Shown: one piece after another, positions 42,573-43,537 of the stretch
Layout of the letters: each line of letters begins with the position of its first letter
Numbering within the stretch: the first letter of the stretch is position 1
NCBI GenBank assembly: GCA_021815205.1
Contig: JAKAHD010000002.1
Coordinates: forward strand, 1-43,537
From: a bacterium
GTDB lineage: Bacteria; Patescibacteriota; Minisyncoccia; UBA6257; GWB1-50-10
Direction: 5' to 3'
Length of the DNA: 43,537 nucleotides
Program-made: the position numbers and the translations under genes
Notes under the pieces: generated by a model
The model's database searches: none
The model's input: the letters and a program-made list of their open reading frames with translations, nothing else
What the model was told of the DNA's origin: nothing

Positions 42573-43537
42573 ATGAATATTACAGTAAGCGAAATACGCA
42601 AGCGATATCTCGAATTTTTTAAGAAACGGGGACACGTGATAATTCCCTCGGCGTCTTTGGTTCCAGAGAACGATCCGACAACCCTTTTCACGGGAAGCGG
42701 CATGCAACCCCTGCTCCCGTACCTTTTGGGCGCGCCGCATCCCGAGGGGAAGCGCATCGCGGATTCGCAGAAAAGTTTCCGCGCGGAAGATATTGACGAG
42801 GTGGGGGACAACCGCCACACAACATTTTTCGAAATGCTCGGGAACTGGTCCTTTGGTGATTATTTCAAAGAGGAGCAGCTCACGTGGGTTTTCGAATTTT
42901 TGACGGATAAGGCAGAAGGTGCCGGACTTAACCCTGCGAATTTGTATGTTACGGTATTTGCGGGCGACAAGGAAACCGGAATTCCGCGCGATGAAGCGTC
43001 AGTGGAAATTTGGAAAAAACTTTTTGGAGAGAAGGGCATTGAGGCGGACTACCTTGAGCTCGGTTCCACAGAGGAAGGAAGCGAGAAAGGAATGCGGGGG
43101 GGAAGAATCTTTTCCTACGATGTGAAGAAAAACTGGTGGAGCAGATCGGGCATTCCCGCGAACATGCCTCTCGGAGAGCCGGGGGGGCCGGATTCGGAGA
43201 TTTTCTATGACTTTGATCCGAGCGGGAAAACGCACAAGAAAGAGTTTGGCAAGGAATGCCATCCGAACTGCGACTGCGGACGGTTTTTGGAAATAGGGAA
43301 CTCCGTGTTCATGGAGTATAAGAAAAAAGAAAATGGAAGTTTCGAAAAGCTTGCTCAACGCAACGTGGATTTCGGTGGAGGATTGGAGCGTATCACCGCG
43401 GCGGCGAACCATAACCCCGATATTTTCTCAATTGATGTATTTGAACCGATCCTGAAATATCTCCCTAGTAATCTGCCGATCAGAAACAAGAGAATCATCG
43501 CCGATCACACGAGAGCGATGGTGTTCTTAATCGCAGA
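42573..43537 (+). CDS. alaS: Alanine--tRNA ligase, 5' part (runs off the window)
   Basis: Manual translation from ATG 42573: EIRKRYLEFF, SASLVPENDPTTLFTGSGMQ, HTTFFEMLGNWSFGDYFK, GGPDSEIF, EIGNSVFM, VDFGGGLER and IIADH. Absent from the ORF track because it has no stop. Confidence 0.97.
   Translation, partial: MNITVSEIRKRYLEFFKKRGHVIIPSASLVPENDPTTLFTGSGMQPLLPYLLGAPHPEGKRIADSQKSFRAEDIDEVGDNRHTTFFEMLGNWSFGDYFKEEQLTWVFEFLTDKAEGAGLNPANLYVTVFAGDKETGIPRDEASVEIWKKLFGEKGIEADYLELGSTEEGSEKGMRGGRIFSYDVKKNWWSRSGIPANMPLGEPGGPDSEIFYDFDPSGKTHKKEFGKECHPNCDCGRFLEIGNSVFMEYKKKENGSFEKLAQRNVDFGGGLERITAAANHNPDIFSIDVFEPILKYLPSNLPIRNKRIIADHTRAMVFLIA

Noticed and set aside
1-43537. Alternative genetic code (TGA read-through, as in Gracilibacteria)
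   Set aside because: Conserved genes are full length under the standard code and TGA ends intact genes (e.g. 17045, 26350, 38683).

Overview
Chromosomal segment, mostly + strand, that reads like a Patescibacteria/CPR (Parcubacteria-type) genome. This is inferred from the DUF5652-like protein, paralogous Cys-rich proteins, sigma4-HTH protein, two TraD/VirD4-like ATPases, split ComEC and short AspRS. Recognisable genes include tgt, secD, secF, cutA, pepA, efp, mnmA, comEC, aspS, ppsA, eno, partial alaS, glycerate kinase, a D-2-hydroxyacid dehydrogenase, an M23 peptidase, DoxX and VKOR. A probable IS481-like end sits at the left edge. The most striking unexplained signal is in the DNA rather than the genes: many intergenic gaps hold short palindromic or tandem-repeat elements of several distinct families, often nested. 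The same families occur as in-frame insertions in tgt, pepA, mnmA and ppsA. One family, a 24-bp perfect palindrome GGTRYTATG-N6-CATARYACC (7 copies, compensatory changes), brackets a TrpR-like HTH gene and abuts both Cys-rich paralogs plus a truncated third copy, suggesting a palindrome-delimited cassette system. Two orphan structured-RNA candidates (29015-29155, 41088-41410) and frequent leaderless-type promoters were also seen. No rRNA, tRNA, CRISPR array or reverse transcriptase was found. All family calls are by eye from motifs; no database searches were run.
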